64,000 nucleotides of DNA from Alphaproteobacteria bacterium (GTDB taxonomy: Bacteria > Pseudomonadota > Alphaproteobacteria > UBA2966), in contig OZ219856.1 of NCBI GenBank assembly GCA_964291395.2, positions 1,504,001 through 1,568,000 of the forward strand, written 5' to 3'. Positions 19,436 through 30,254 of this stretch are shown in pieces. A program made the position numbers and the translations under genes. Position 1 is the first letter of the stretch. Each line of letters starts with the position of its first letter. The notes beneath the pieces are model-generated. The model saw only the letters and a program-made list of their open reading frames with translations, did not search any database and was not told where the DNA came from.

Positions 19436-22400
19436 CCCGCGATCTTCGCCAGATTCCGCATCAGATGCATGACGCCGGACAGACGTGACTCCGCGTCGTC
19501 CCATTCGCGCATGTAGACCAGGCGGTGGTCTGGCCGCAGTTTCGCGGTTCCCGCCTGGCTCGAGATGAACTCGACCAGCCCTGCGGGATGGGCGAAGTGG
19601 TCATTGTGAAAGGCGATCGTGGCGCCCTTCGGACCGGCTTCCACGCGGTGAACGCCCGCGTGACGGCAGAACTGTTTGATCGCGACGATCCGCAGCAGAT
19701 TATCCACTTCTTCGGGCAAGGGGCCGAAGCGATCGATGAGCTCCGCCGCGTAGGCGTCTATCTCGGCACGGTCTTCGAGGCGTGCCAAGCGCCGGTACAG
19801 GCCCAGCCGCACGTCGAGGTCCGGAACATACCGCTCAGGTATCAGCACGGAGGTGCCGATACTTATTTGCGGTGACCACTTGTCCTCGGCGATGCCGTCG
19901 CCATCGGTCCCGCGCGCGGCCGCCACCGCCTCCTCCAACATTTCCTGATAGAGCTCGAGCCCGACCTCGCGGATGTGCCCGGATTGCTCCTCGCCCAACA
20001 GGTTTCCGGCACCGCGAATATCGAGATCGTGGCTCGCCAACGAGAACCCGGCGCCGAGCCCCTCCAAGGCCTGCATGACCTTCAACCGCTTCTCGGCCGC
20101 TCCCGTAGGAATGCGGCGGGGAGGCAAGGTGAGGTACGCGTATCCCCGGATCTTGGAGCGGCCGATCCTGCCTCTGAGTTGGTAGAGCTGGGCCAGCCCA
20201 TACATGTCCGCGCGGTGCACGATGAGTGTGTTCGCCGTCGGAATGTCGAGACCGGACTCGATGATGTTGGTACACAACAGAACGTCGATGCCGCCCTCGT
20301 AGAAGGCGTGCATGACTTCATCGAGTGCTCGTACCGGCATCTGCCCGTGGGCGCTGCCGAAACGCACTTGGGGAACGTGTTCGCGCAGGAACGCCTCGAT
20401 GTCGGGAATATCGGAGATTCTGGGGCAAACGTAGAAACTCTGACCGCCCCGGTAGTGCTCGCGCATCAAGGCTTCGCGTATGATCACCGGATCGAACGGC
20501 ATGGTGAACGTTCGGACCGCGAGCCGGTCGACGGGGGGCGTTGCGATGAGGCTCAGCTCGCGAACGCCCGACAGTGCCAGGTGCAGCGTCCGGGGGATCG
20601 GCGTCGCGGTGAGCGTGAGGACGTGGGCCACGGCGCGAAGATCCTTGAGGCGTTCCTTCTGCGCCACGCCGAAATGTTGTTCCTCGTCGACGACGATGAG
20701 ACCGAGGTCGCGGAATTTGATGCCCTTGCCGAGCAACGCGTGTGTCCCGATCACGATGTCGATGTCGCCCGACTCCAGCCCCGCCTTCGTCTCCGCCGTC
20801 TCCTTGGGCCCTACCATGCGGGAGAGGCGTCCGACCTTCACGGGCCAGGCCGCAAACCGCTCGCGAAACGTCGTGTAGTGCTGGCGTACCAACAGAGTCG
20901 TCGGCGCGACGATCGCAACCTGCTTTCCCGCCATGACGGCCACGAAGGCGGACCGGAGCGCGACCTCGGTCTTGCCGAACCCGACGTCGCCGCATACGAG
21001 GCGGTCCATGGGTCGGCCCATGGCGAGATCGTCCAGAACCTCCTCGATCGCTCGTTGCTGGTCCTCCGTCTCCGGATAGGGAAAGTGAGCGCAAAATTCC
21101 TCGTACATCCCCTCTGGCGGAGCAAGGACCTCACCCTTCTGCAGTTCGCGCGCCGCGGCGATGTTGATCAATTGGCCGGCGATATCCCGGATTCGTGCCT
21201 TGGCGCGCGCTTTTCTCGCCTGCCAGCCGCTGCCGCCGAGGCGGTCGAGTTGAACGCCGGAGTCCTCGGACCCGTATCGTGAAATGACTTCGATATTCTC
21301 GACGGGGATGTAGAGCTTGTCGCCGCCGTCGTAGAGTATCAGCAGGCAATCATGGGGCGCGCCGGCGACATCGATCGTCAGCAGATCCGAGTATCGCCCG
21401 ATTCCGTGCTCGACGTGGACGACGATGTCCCCGGGCGAGAGCGACGAGGCCTCCACGATGTAGTCCTCGGCGCGCCGGGTGCGCCTGGGCGGCCGGGACA
21501 GGCGTTCACCCAGAATGTCCTGCTCGGTGATAACGGCGAGCGCATCGGTCTCGAAACCGTGCTCAAGGGCCAGTATCGCGAGTCCGATGTCGTCCGGAGC
21601 GGACCTCCGTGCCTCCGACCAGCTTTCGATGTTCCCGCAGCCCTGAACGCCGTGATCCGCCAGAAGACCCGACAAACGATCTCGCGTGCCCGGTGAATAC
21701 GCTGCCACGACCACGGACTTTCCGTTGCGCGTCAGGCTATCGATGTAGTCTCGCACGGCATCGAACAGATCGAGATTCTGCTGGGTGCGTTCCGGCGCGA
21801 AGTCTCGAGCTCGCCGTCCACCGAGATCGTAAACCTGCTGCGCCTCCGGTTGACGGAACGGGGAGAACACGATGCTCGTACGCGATGCGACGCTCGCACG
21901 CCATTCCTCTCCCGTCAGGTAGAGCTCTTCCGGCGGCAGTGGGCGATATACGGCCGCGTCGTCCGCCCTGCCGCCTCGTTCTCCCGACTTCCGGGCCCCG
22001 TAGTAATCGACGATGGTCTCGAGCCGCTTGTCCAAGGCGTCATCGATCAGAGCGTCGCGCGTAACCGCGGCTCCGGGGAGGTAATCGAACAGGGTTTCCA
22101 GTTTCCCGTGGAACAGCGGTAACCAATGTTCCATTCCCATGTGCCGCCTGCCCGCGGCGACGGCTTGGTAGAGTGGATCGGTTTGCCCGGCCACCGCGCC
22201 GAAACGGCTGCCGTATCCGCCACGGAACCGGGCAATCGACTCCTCATCCAGAAAGACTTCGCTGATCGGCGCCAGTTTGAGACCTCCGACACGCGCCATG
22301 GCACGCTGGGAAAGGGGATCGAATGTACGAACACCCTCCAACTCGTCTCCGAACAGGTCGAGACGGAGGGGATACTCCGCACCCGACGGGAACAGATCAA

Positions 22401-22923
22401 CGATGCCGCCGCGCACTGCGAATTCGCCCGGTTCCCTGACGGTTCCCGTCCGCTGATATCCGTCGCGCGCCAGAAATTCGACGAGTTGGTCGAGATCTAT
22501 GCGTTCCCCCACGGAGATGCTGTAAGTGGCGGAGCCCACGACTTTCCGGGTCGGAACCCGCTGAACGCTCGCGTTGAGGGTGGTGACGACGACCCGCGCG
22601 GATAACCCGTGTTCCGGTGAGGCGAGCCGGCACAAGCCGTCCAGGCGCGCGCTGGCAACCTTGGGATTGGGAGATACCCGGTCATAGGGCAGGCAGTCCC
22701 ACGCGGGGATCGCGATGACTTCGACATCGGGCGCGAAGAAGGCGAGGACCTGCGCCGTCGTATCCATTCGGTCCGCATCGAGTGCGATGTGAATGGTCCC
22801 TGCAGCATGGTTGCGCGCGATCTCGGCAAGGGCGAGCGCATCCATGCCCTCGGGGCAGCCCGACATCGTGACGGATATCGGTTTCTTCCATTCCAAACCT
22901 TTTAATTTCAGTAAGTTATTCAT
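19375..22923 (-). CDS. mfd: Transcription-repair coupling factor
   Basis: PYDRVSP, VRGGIVD, VHVEHGIGRY, CGDVGFGKTEVA, DEEQHFGV, QLRGRIGR, TRCF domain. Confidence 0.98.
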   Translation of the reverse strand: MNNLLKLKGLEWKKPISVTMSGCPEGMDALALAEIARNHAAGTIHIALDADRMDTTAQVLAFFAPDVEVIAIPAWDCLPYDRVSPNPKVASARLDGLCRLASPEHGLSARVVVTTLNASVQRVPTRKVVGSATYSISVGERIDLDQLVEFLARDGYQRTGTVREPGEFAVRGGIVDLFPSGAEYPLRLDLFGDELEGVRTFDPLSQRAMARVGGLKLAPISEVFLDEESIARFRGGYGSRFGAVAGQTDPLYQAVAAGRRHMGMEHWLPLFHGKLETLFDYLPGAAVTRDALIDDALDKRLETIVDYYGARKSGERGGRADDAAVYRPLPPEELYLTGEEWRASVASRTSIVFSPFRQPEAQQVYDLGGRRARDFAPERTQQNLDLFDAVRDYIDSLTRNGKSVVVAAYSPGTRDRLSGLLADHGVQGCGNIESWSEARRSAPDDIGLAILALEHGFETDALAVITEQDILGERLSRPPRRTRRAEDYIVEASSLSPGDIVVHVEHGIGRYSDLLTIDVAGAPHDCLLILYDGGDKLYIPVENIEVISRYGSEDSGVQLDRLGGSGWQARKARAKARIRDIAGQLINIAAARELQKGEVLAPPEGMYEEFCAHFPYPETEDQQRAIEEVLDDLAMGRPMDRLVCGDVGFGKTEVALRSAFVAVMAGKQVAIVAPTTLLVRQHYTTFRERFAAWPVKVGRLSRMVGPKETAETKAGLESGDIDIVIGTHALLGKGIKFRDLGLIVVDEEQHFGVAQKERLKDLRAVAHVLTLTATPIPRTLHLALSGVRELSLIATPPVDRLAVRTFTMPFDPVIIREALMREHYRGGQSFYVCPRISDIPDIEAFLREHVPQVRFGSAHGQMPVRALDEVMHAFYEGGIDVLLCTNIIESGLDIPTANTLIVHRADMYGLAQLYQLRGRIGRSKIRGYAYLTLPPRRIPTGAAEKRLKVMQALEGLGAGFSLASHDLDIRGAGNLLGEEQSGHIREVGLELYQEMLEEAVAAARGTDGDGIAEDKWSPQISIGTSVLIPERYVPDLDVRLGLYRRLARLEDRAEIDAYAAELIDRFGPLPEEVDNLLRIVAIKQFCRHAGVHRVEAGPKGATIAFHNDHFAHPAGLVEFISSQAGTAKLRPDHRLVYMREWDDAESRLSGVMHLMRNLAKIAGQASVSTASDAASASASRAM

Positions 22924-23197
22924 AATATTTGAAATCCAGAAGCAACTTTGTCACATCGTTATCGTGTTCGACCGGCGGGGTTTCCCGACCGGCAATCCAG
23001 GCCAGGATATCGGGATCGCTCTCCCTCAGAAGTGCCTCGTAGCGCGCGAGTTGCCGGGCGTCGAACGAAGCCAGATGGCGGTCGGCAAATCGACCCAGCA
23101 AGAGGTCGGTTTCCTTCATTCCCCGGTTGCAACTGCGGTACCGCAGGCGCTTTCGTTTCGATTCCAGCTCCCGGATGGATGGGCTTTCGTCGGTCAC
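22916..23197 (-). CDS. sdhE: Succinate dehydrogenase assembly factor 2 / FAD assembly factor
   Basis: RKRLRYRSCNRGMKETDLLLGRF (RGxxE motif); typical position between recG and mfd. Confidence 0.92.
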   Translation of the reverse strand: MTDESPSIRELESKRKRLRYRSCNRGMKETDLLLGRFADRHLASFDARQLARYEALLRESDPDILAWIAGRETPPVEHDNDVTKLLLDFKYYE

Positions 23198-23405
23198 CAG
23201 GCTCCGGTCCGTAACGTGGACAGACTCCAGCCCCCTTCCCGCGGAGTCCGCGGCAGGTGGCCCGGGTTCGATATAGTCTGTGGCGGTCCCTCTGTCACGA
23301 TCATCGGCCGACATGGATCAACGGGCGATATGGCGCGCCTCCCGTGCCTGAGATAAGGTCGCGGGACGTCGCCTGCCTTGCCGTGGTTTGCGCACGCATC
23401 AGCAC

Positions 23406-25493
23406 ATGCGCCCGGAAATCCTGTTTTCTACCTTTGCGCCCGTCAGCGGCCTGCCCGGTGTTGGGCCTCGTATCGCAAAGCTGGTCGAAAAGGTTGCCGG
23501 GCCCCGACTCGTCGACCTGTACTGGCATCTGCCGACCCAGATTGTCGACCGCCGCTACTCGCCTTCGCTGGCGAGCGCTCCCGACGGCGCGATCGTGACG
23601 GTGACCGTGGTCGTCGAGCGTCACACGCCGGCACCTGGCAAGCGCCTGCCGTACAAGGTCTTCTGCAGCGACGGCAGCGGCCGGCTGACCCTGGTTTTTT
23701 TTCACGCCAAGCCGGATTACCTGCAACGCGCATTGCCCGTCGGGGAAGAACGCGTGGTAAGCGGCCGCATCCGGTATTACGGAGACGAGATTCAGATCAC
23801 ACACCCTGATCACATCGGCACGGCCGCAGAGCTCGATACCCTGAAAGCCGTCGAGCCCGTCTACCGACTGACGGCGGGATTGACCGCACGGCCCTTGCAG
23901 CGTGCCGTCCGACTAGCGCTCGACCAGGCGCCTGATCTGCCGGAATGGCTGGAACCTCAATTCGTCTCGGGACGCCGATGGCAGGGGTGGAAGGATGCGC
24001 TCCTGGCCGCGCATGCTCCCGAATCGCCGGATGATCTGGAGCCCGGCAACCCGGCACGGGAACGACTGGCCTACGACGAACTCCTGGCCAACCAGCTCGC
24101 CCTCGCCCTCGTCCGCGAAAGCGTGCGCAGAGGTGCGGGACGAGCCGTTTCCGGAGACGGTTCACTCCGGAAGCAGGTCGTCGCGTCCCTCCCCTATTCC
24201 CTGACGAGCGCCCAGGAGCGGGCACTGGAAGAGATATGGAAGGACATGGCCTCCCCCGCCCGCATGCTTCGATTGTTGCAGGGCGACGTGGGATCCGGCA
24301 AAACGATCGTGGCCTTTCTGGCCATGCTCAACGCCGTCGAGAGCGGGGCGCAGGCGGCACTCATGGCTCCGACGGAAGTCCTCGCCCAACAGCACGGCGA
24401 CGTGCTCACGCCGCTGTGCGCGGAACTGGGTATTCGCCTCGCCCTTCTGACCGGCCGAGAAAAGGGCAAGTTCCGCCGGGAGACCCTCGCCGATCTGGAG
24501 GCGGGCGACATCGACATACTCGTCGGCACACACGCGATCTTTCAGGAAGGTGTCGCATTCGGTGACCTCGCGTTCGCGGTGATCGATGAGCAACACCGGT
24601 TCGGCGTCCACCAACGCCTCGCCCTGACGGCCAAGGCCGCCGGCGCGCGCGCCAATCTTCTCGTAATGACGGCAACGCCGATACCCCGGACGCTCACCAT
24701 GACCGCGTACGGTGACATGGACGTCTCGCAACTGGACGAAAAGCCTCCGGGCCGGATTCCCGTGGACACGCGCGCCATGCCGCTCGAACGCCTCGACGAG
24801 GTCGTTCAAGCGGTGCACCGGGCCGTTGGTGACGGTGATCGAGTCTACTGGGTATGCCCGCTCGTGGAGGAATCGGACGTCATCGATATCGCCGCGGCCG
24901 AGGCGCGCTATGCCGCACTCGCGGAGAACCTGGGCAACGACGTCGCCTTGTTGCACGGCCGCATGAAGAGCGCCGAGAAGGACGCGCACATGAGCAGATT
25001 TGCCGGCGGCGAAATATCCGTGCTCGTGGCGACCACCGTGATCGAGGTCGGCGTCGATGTTCCCGAAGCGACCGTCATGGTCGTTGAACATGCGGAGAGG
25101 TTCGGTCTGGCCCAACTCCATCAATTGCGGGGGCGCGTCGGCCGAGGGGATCGGCAAGGTCGATGCCTGTTGCTCTATGCGGCCCCGTTGGGTGATACCG
25201 CCCGCGCGCGCATCCGAATCATGCGGGAAACCGATGACGGCTTCCGGATCGCCGAGGAGGATCTGCGACTCAGAGGCGCGGGTGAAGTGCTCGGCACCCG
25301 CCAAAGCGGCCTTCCCGATTTCCGGTTGGCAGACGTTGGAGCGCACGAGGAACTCATGCTGGCCGCTCGGGATGACGCCAAACTGGTGCTGGAGCGGGAC
25401 CCCGACCTGTCTTCCGATCGGGGTCAGGCGCTGAGAGTGCTGCTCTACCTTTTTGAGCGGGACGCCGCCGTCGGCTATTTGAGGTCCGGATAA
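23406..25493 (+). CDS. recG: ATP-dependent DNA helicase RecG
   Basis: MRPEILF, LQGDVGSGKT, DEQHRFGV, TATPIPRTL, QLRGRVGRG, GTRQSG. Confidence 0.98.
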   Translation: MRPEILFSTFAPVSGLPGVGPRIAKLVEKVAGPRLVDLYWHLPTQIVDRRYSPSLASAPDGAIVTVTVVVERHTPAPGKRLPYKVFCSDGSGRLTLVFFHAKPDYLQRALPVGEERVVSGRIRYYGDEIQITHPDHIGTAAELDTLKAVEPVYRLTAGLTARPLQRAVRLALDQAPDLPEWLEPQFVSGRRWQGWKDALLAAHAPESPDDLEPGNPARERLAYDELLANQLALALVRESVRRGAGRAVSGDGSLRKQVVASLPYSLTSAQERALEEIWKDMASPARMLRLLQGDVGSGKTIVAFLAMLNAVESGAQAALMAPTEVLAQQHGDVLTPLCAELGIRLALLTGREKGKFRRETLADLEAGDIDILVGTHAIFQEGVAFGDLAFAVIDEQHRFGVHQRLALTAKAAGARANLLVMTATPIPRTLTMTAYGDMDVSQLDEKPPGRIPVDTRAMPLERLDEVVQAVHRAVGDGDRVYWVCPLVEESDVIDIAAAEARYAALAENLGNDVALLHGRMKSAEKDAHMSRFAGGEISVLVATTVIEVGVDVPEATVMVVEHAERFGLAQLHQLRGRVGRGDRQGRCLLLYAAPLGDTARARIRIMRETDDGFRIAEEDLRLRGAGEVLGTRQSGLPDFRLADVGAHEELMLAARDDAKLVLERDPDLSSDRGQALRVLLYLFERDAAVGYLRSG

Positions 25494-25499
25494 ACGGGA

Positions 25500-26297
25500 T
25501 CAGGTGTCGGCCACCGCGCGCGGCGAGGCCTCGAACCGGGCGCGCTCCGCCTCGGCTTCGGCCTCGCGAGAAGAAATCTGCGGGGCCTCCTGAATGGCCT
25601 GCGGACGTCTGTCCGGCGGGGCGACGATGCCGCCCGAGATCACGAGCTTGATCCCTTCCTCGACCGTCATGTTGAGGGTGATCAGAGCCCGGCGCGGGAC
25701 GAACAGCAGGAAGCCCGACGTCGGATTGGGTGTCGTCGGCAGGAACACGTTGACGAGGTCGTCTTCGGCCAGGTGCTGGATTTCCCCTTCGGTGTGCCCG
25801 GTCACGAATGCGATGGCCCAGATCCCTCTTCGCGGATACTCCACCAGAACGACCTCCCGAAAGGATTTGGAGGATTGAGCCAGCACCGTCTCGAAGATCT
25901 GTTTCAATGCCCCATAGACCGCCCGGATGACGGGCATGCGCGCTACCATCCGTTCGCCGAACCTGACCAGAATCCGTCCGGTAAAACTCGCCGTCAGAGC
26001 GCCGACGAAGGTCAAGGCTACGATGGCGACGACCAGTCCCAGGCCCGGAATATCGAACGGCAGATAGGTTCCCGGGTTGTACCTCGCCGGGATGACGGGC
26101 GTGACCCAACCGTCGACGACTCCGATGAACTTCCAGGCGATGAAGATCGTGATGCCGAGGGGCGCGGTGACGATGATCCCGGTGAGGAAGTAGGTACGCA
26201 ATCGCTGGAAGAAGCCGACCTCTACCGGCACGATGATGTGCGGCGGTGAGCGCCCTTTTTCGTCTTCTTCCGTCGTTTGCCGCTGATCGTCCATCAT
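25500..26297 (-). CDS. DUF502 domain membrane protein
   Basis: LRTYFLTG...EYPRRG.W...VFLPTTPNPTSGFL. Confidence 0.9.
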   Translation of the reverse strand: MMDDQRQTTEEDEKGRSPPHIIVPVEVGFFQRLRTYFLTGIIVTAPLGITIFIAWKFIGVVDGWVTPVIPARYNPGTYLPFDIPGLGLVVAIVALTFVGALTASFTGRILVRFGERMVARMPVIRAVYGALKQIFETVLAQSSKSFREVVLVEYPRRGIWAIAFVTGHTEGEIQHLAEDDLVNVFLPTTPNPTSGFLLFVPRRALITLNMTVEEGIKLVISGGIVAPPDRRPQAIQEAPQISSREAEAEAERARFEASPRAVADT

Positions 26298-26421
26298 TCA
26301 CCCGTCTGCGCGCCACATATGGGCCCTAATCGGCGCGATGTCTAGGAGATTGCCGGCGCGAGAGATCATGCCCGGAAGTGGGAGCCCACTCCCGCGTGAC
26401 TTTGGATCGAACGCTGAACAT

Positions 26422-26455
26422 GAATTCGTCGGGGTCGGACCTCGGATCCGACCCC
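26422..26455. repeat. REP-like palindrome / possible terminator
   Basis: Perfect stem GGGGTCGGA-N7-TCCGACCCC just after the hydrolase stop codon. Confidence 0.6.
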
Positions 26456-26458
26456 AGG

Positions 26459-27292
26459 CTACGCGGTCTGATGACTCGCAAAATCGAGAACGGCTCTGGC
26501 CCACGGTTCGGGGTGGAGCCTGGGCAATTCCCCGCCCCCGTCCACCTCGATCTCGACCAAGGACGCGCCGGGCTGATCTCGCATCCAGTCATCCACCGCG
26601 TTGCACATGAAGATGTCGTCGGTCGAGCGGATGAAGAGGACGGGCACGCTCACTTGCGGCAGTTTCCTGGTCGCGTCGTAGGCGAACATCGCGACGTACT
26701 GCTCGAACCGGCGGGGTCCGGTCTTGATCTGTTCGAGAAAGAAATCGGCCATGAGATCGAGTCGATCTTCGGGAAAGCGTGGCTTGCCCCAATTCGTTTG
26801 AACCCCTTCCTTCCAGATTTCCAGGAGATGCGAGCCGTCCAGCCGGGTTTCCGGATCTCCGAGCTTCAAGGCTTTGGCATGGAGTTCGGGCAGCATCGAG
26901 GCGTCGCTGATGTAGCCCAGTCCGGAGAACACGTTGCGGGCAACCAGATCGGGCCTTTGAAGTCCCACCTCCATGGCGATGTCCGCGCCCGAATGGTGTC
27001 CGCCCACCGTCGCCCCTTCGAGACCGAGCGCTTCCATCGCCCGGCCGATCGCGGCGCCATGATCCTCGAGCGAACAAGGCTCGACCGGATGATCCGAATC
27101 GCCGCAACCCACGGAGTCGAATGCCACCACACGATGAGATTCGGCCAGAATCGGCATCACGAACTTGTAGTCCAGCGACGTGCGCAGGATCTGGTGGATG
27201 AGTACGATGGGCGGTCCACCGCCTGCCTCCCGGTAGAAAATCTGGCCGTCCGCCGTGTCGACGAAGCCCCTTCTGACGCGAACGTTCGACAT
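26459..27292 (-). CDS. Alpha/beta fold hydrolase
   Basis: GQIFYRE, D..GCGDSD, GGHHSGA nucleophile elbow. Confidence 0.85.
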   Translation of the reverse strand: MSNVRVRRGFVDTADGQIFYREAGGGPPIVLIHQILRTSLDYKFVMPILAESHRVVAFDSVGCGDSDHPVEPCSLEDHGAAIGRAMEALGLEGATVGGHHSGADIAMEVGLQRPDLVARNVFSGLGYISDASMLPELHAKALKLGDPETRLDGSHLLEIWKEGVQTNWGKPRFPEDRLDLMADFFLEQIKTGPRRFEQYVAMFAYDATRKLPQVSVPVLFIRSTDDIFMCNAVDDWMRDQPGASLVEIEVDGGGELPRLHPEPWARAVLDFASHQTA

Positions 27293-27315
27293 CTCGTTGC
27301 CTCTTAGAAGATGGA

Positions 27316-28188
27316 CTATAAACTATTGAAAAAGCTTATAATCTCCTCGTTCGACCGTTCGGGCTGTTCGTAGTGGACGAAGTGTCCGGCCTCGCTCACG
27401 ACGTCTACCCCGCGCAGATCGCTGAAATAGTCCCCCAGATTATCGGACCATTCCGCTTTGAGCACGCGGTCGGCTTCACCCCAGAAGACCCGTGTCGGCA
27501 CGTCGATCTTCGGTACGTCGAGCGGCCCTTCCCGCATGGCCTTCAGACGAAGGGCATTGACGGCGATATACCAGTTGAATCCCCCTTGCATGTTGCCGGG
27601 TTTCATGAAGTTGTCGACCCAGGCCTCGAGGTCCTCGTCGAAGGCGCCGTCGGCGTACGTCCAGTGGTCCAGCAGGTAGCCGAAGTAGATCTTGGCGTTC
27701 TCCCGGTCCCGGGTGAGGAGCTCCGCGGAAAACGGCATCTGCTGGAACTGCTGGTACCATGTGTTCATCTGGTGCCCGGGCTCGTTCCAGCGCTTGCCGA
27801 CACCGGGATACGGACAGTTGAAAAAGAACAGCCCTTTCAGCCGTCCAGTATTTCGCAAGGCGTACGCCTGGGCGATCCATGCCCCCACGTCGTGGGTGAC
27901 GATTCCGAAGCCATCGAGACCGAGGTGCTCGACCAGGTTCGAGAAATCGTCCACATAGTCCTGAACCTCGGGAACCCGTTCGGGTTTGTCGGTGTCGCCG
28001 AATCCCCGCAAATCGGGTGCGATGACGTCGAAATGCTCGGCAAGCGCCGGGATGTTCTTGCGCCAAGTGCACCAGAACTCGGGCCATCCGTGCTGCAAGA
28101 TGACCGGCATTCCCTGCCCGTGCCGGACGTAATGTACCCGCAGACCGGGCAGGTCCGCGTGTTGGTGATTCCACTCGAAGTCGGTCAT
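27316..28188 (-). CDS. Alpha/beta hydrolase (epoxide hydrolase/haloacetate dehalogenase-like)
   Basis: HGWPE, APDLRGFGD, THDVGA (Asp nucleophile), GHFVHYE. Confidence 0.88.
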   Translation of the reverse strand: MTDFEWNHQHADLPGLRVHYVRHGQGMPVILQHGWPEFWCTWRKNIPALAEHFDVIAPDLRGFGDTDKPERVPEVQDYVDDFSNLVEHLGLDGFGIVTHDVGAWIAQAYALRNTGRLKGLFFFNCPYPGVGKRWNEPGHQMNTWYQQFQQMPFSAELLTRDRENAKIYFGYLLDHWTYADGAFDEDLEAWVDNFMKPGNMQGGFNWYIAVNALRLKAMREGPLDVPKIDVPTRVFWGEADRVLKAEWSDNLGDYFSDLRGVDVVSEAGHFVHYEQPERSNEEIISFFNSL

Positions 28189-28287
28189 TGCGGAAAGTAT
28201 CTCCTTGGCGGGTTGGGAGGTCGTCGTCGGGGAGGTCGATGGTAAGGTTACCCGACATGCATCGTCCAAGTCAGGCGGTGATGAAAA

Positions 28288-29028
28288 TCAGACGATGGCA
28301 ACGCTCAGACCGATGGCAACCAGCAGCCAGATCGCGACGCGGCGATAGAATTGATCGGAGGTGGTCCGGAACGCGCGGGCCCCCACCCATATAGCCACCG
28401 CATAAGGCGGCACGAGGGCGATGCCGCGAATCCATGTCTCCCGCCCCATCGTGCCCACCACGATGTGAGGGATCACCGCCATGGCCGAGACCGTCAACAT
28501 CGTGATGTAAAGGTTTGCCCGCTGAATCCGGGCCTCTTCCCGACCCGAAAGGTAATAGAGGCTGAACCACGCGCCGGCCATGCCGAGGTATCCGTGCACG
28601 ACCCCGCCCACCGCGCCGGACAATACGCCGGTTGCGGAGTTACGTGGGCCCCTATATTGCCAACCCAGCAGCATGATGAGAGCGAAGAAGAGAACGATGG
28701 CTCCCATGGCCCGGCGGATGGGTCCGGGGTCTCCGGTGATCAGGAAGTAGGCCCCGACGGGCGCCGTCACCAACACCGTGATCAGCGCCGGAACGACCTC
28801 GCGCCAGCGGACGTGCGGCATCACTCCCGGCCAGGCTACGGCACCCGTCACGACGGGCAACAACGACGAAAGAATGACCCCTTCGGTGGGCCAGTACAGC
28901 AGGGCCATCAACGGCACCATCGTCAGGCCGCCGCCGAAACCCGCGAACCCGTACGTGAAGCCGCTGAGCAGCGTGATCACGACCGCCAACGCAAACTGAC
29001 CGGTGAGCAGCGGGGCGAGAATTTCCAA
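28288..29028 (-). CDS. Sulfite exporter TauE/SafE family protein
   Basis: YGFAGFGGGL..P; multiple TM helices; QRAN motif. Confidence 0.85.
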   Translation of the reverse strand: MEILAPLLTGQFALAVVITLLSGFTYGFAGFGGGLTMVPLMALLYWPTEGVILSSLLPVVTGAVAWPGVMPHVRWREVVPALITVLVTAPVGAYFLITGDPGPIRRAMGAIVLFFALIMLLGWQYRGPRNSATGVLSGAVGGVVHGYLGMAGAWFSLYYLSGREEARIQRANLYITMLTVSAMAVIPHIVVGTMGRETWIRGIALVPPYAVAIWVGARAFRTTSDQFYRRVAIWLLVAIGLSVAIV

Positions 29029-29137
29029 GGGTCCAGAGCAATCAGGTCAGAAGGAGCAAGCCGCGGATTCCGTCGCGGCCGGTGGCTATGCCCGCCCCAC
29101 TTCAGGTTCGGGCAACGAGATCGAGGCGATCGCGGTT

Positions 29138-30094
29138 CTAAAGAGCTTCGATCTTTCTTGCCGTCGCCAAGGAGAAGCCGTTGAGATGATTCCGGATAAC
29201 GTCCCAGTGCACCCACAAATACCCGCCCTTCGCCACGTGGACGTTGTGTCCGATCTTCCGATGGAGGGCGGGAAGCTGATGGAACGGCGCCGACGGATAG
29301 ACGTGATGCTCGCCGTGGAAACCCATGTTCCAGGTGAGGAATTGAACCAACGGATTGGTAAGGGTCGTTCGCGTGTTGCGCGTCATGTCGAGGGATTCGT
29401 CCATCCCGACGTGCTCGGCCACCCGGAAGAAGCGCACCAGCGGCTCGCCCAGGAATCTCGGAAGGAAGTAATAGACGATCGGCACCCACCAGTAGCCGGA
29501 CACGACTCCGGCCAGAAGTATCAGCACGTAGCCCGTCAACATGATGCGGGCCTCCAAGAAGATCTTGGGCAGTTCGCTCGGGGGCACGTTGGCCTCGTCC
29601 TCCGGCAGTATCCTCCCCATCGAGTGGCGGAACAGCCAGCCGAGATTGCGCAAATGATGCGTGAGCCCGGAAACGTAGATGAGATAGTCGCCCAGATTTC
29701 GCGGGATCGGGATCGCCATCTCCGTATCCTTGCCCTGGATCTGGGTATGACTGTGGTGCAGAGCGTGGTCGTAGCGGAACAGCAGACCCGGCCAGATGTA
29801 GATGAAACCGAGGACCTGCATGACGGCTTCATTCAGCCAACGCGTCCTGAACGCGGTGCCATGAATGCATTCGTGAAGCGGGTGGAACAGAGTCGACAGG
29901 ACAAGTCCGTGGAACACGATCGCCGGAACGATCCAGCCCGTGCCCGTCGCCAGGTACACCAGATAGCCCGTGCCACCGATCATCGAGAAGTGAACGGCGA
30001 GGTAGAAGAGGCCTGGCCAATCCTTCCGTTTCAAGTATGGCTTGACCTCCTGCCGGGACAGCATTGAGCTTTGAGCATTCTCGACGATCGACAT
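29138..30094 (-). CDS. Membrane fatty-acid-desaturase superfamily protein (MocD-like)
   Basis: His boxes HECIH, HALHH, AEH, FHGEHH. Confidence 0.85.
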   Translation of the reverse strand: MSIVENAQSSMLSRQEVKPYLKRKDWPGLFYLAVHFSMIGGTGYLVYLATGTGWIVPAIVFHGLVLSTLFHPLHECIHGTAFRTRWLNEAVMQVLGFIYIWPGLLFRYDHALHHSHTQIQGKDTEMAIPIPRNLGDYLIYVSGLTHHLRNLGWLFRHSMGRILPEDEANVPPSELPKIFLEARIMLTGYVLILLAGVVSGYWWVPIVYYFLPRFLGEPLVRFFRVAEHVGMDESLDMTRNTRTTLTNPLVQFLTWNMGFHGEHHVYPSAPFHQLPALHRKIGHNVHVAKGGYLWVHWDVIRNHLNGFSLATARKIEAL

Positions 30095-30140
30095 CCGGCT
30101 ATCACCTTCCCGCCCGTGATCGGCGCGCAGTATTGACGGC

Positions 30141-30149
30141 TGTATATAC
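30141..30149. promoter_or_regulatory. Possible HutC/GntR-type operator (TGTATATAC) next to a TTGACG -35-like element
   Basis: GTATATAC palindrome in the divergent desaturase/DUF1326 intergenic region. Confidence 0.35.
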
Positions 30150-30254
30150 CATTCCGATACACCGTTCCAGGCGTCCTGGTCGAACGCACAAGTGTACGCG
30201 GCGCCAATTAGTGTGCAAACATCGTTGCAAATGTGAGCATCGAGGAGTGACGCC

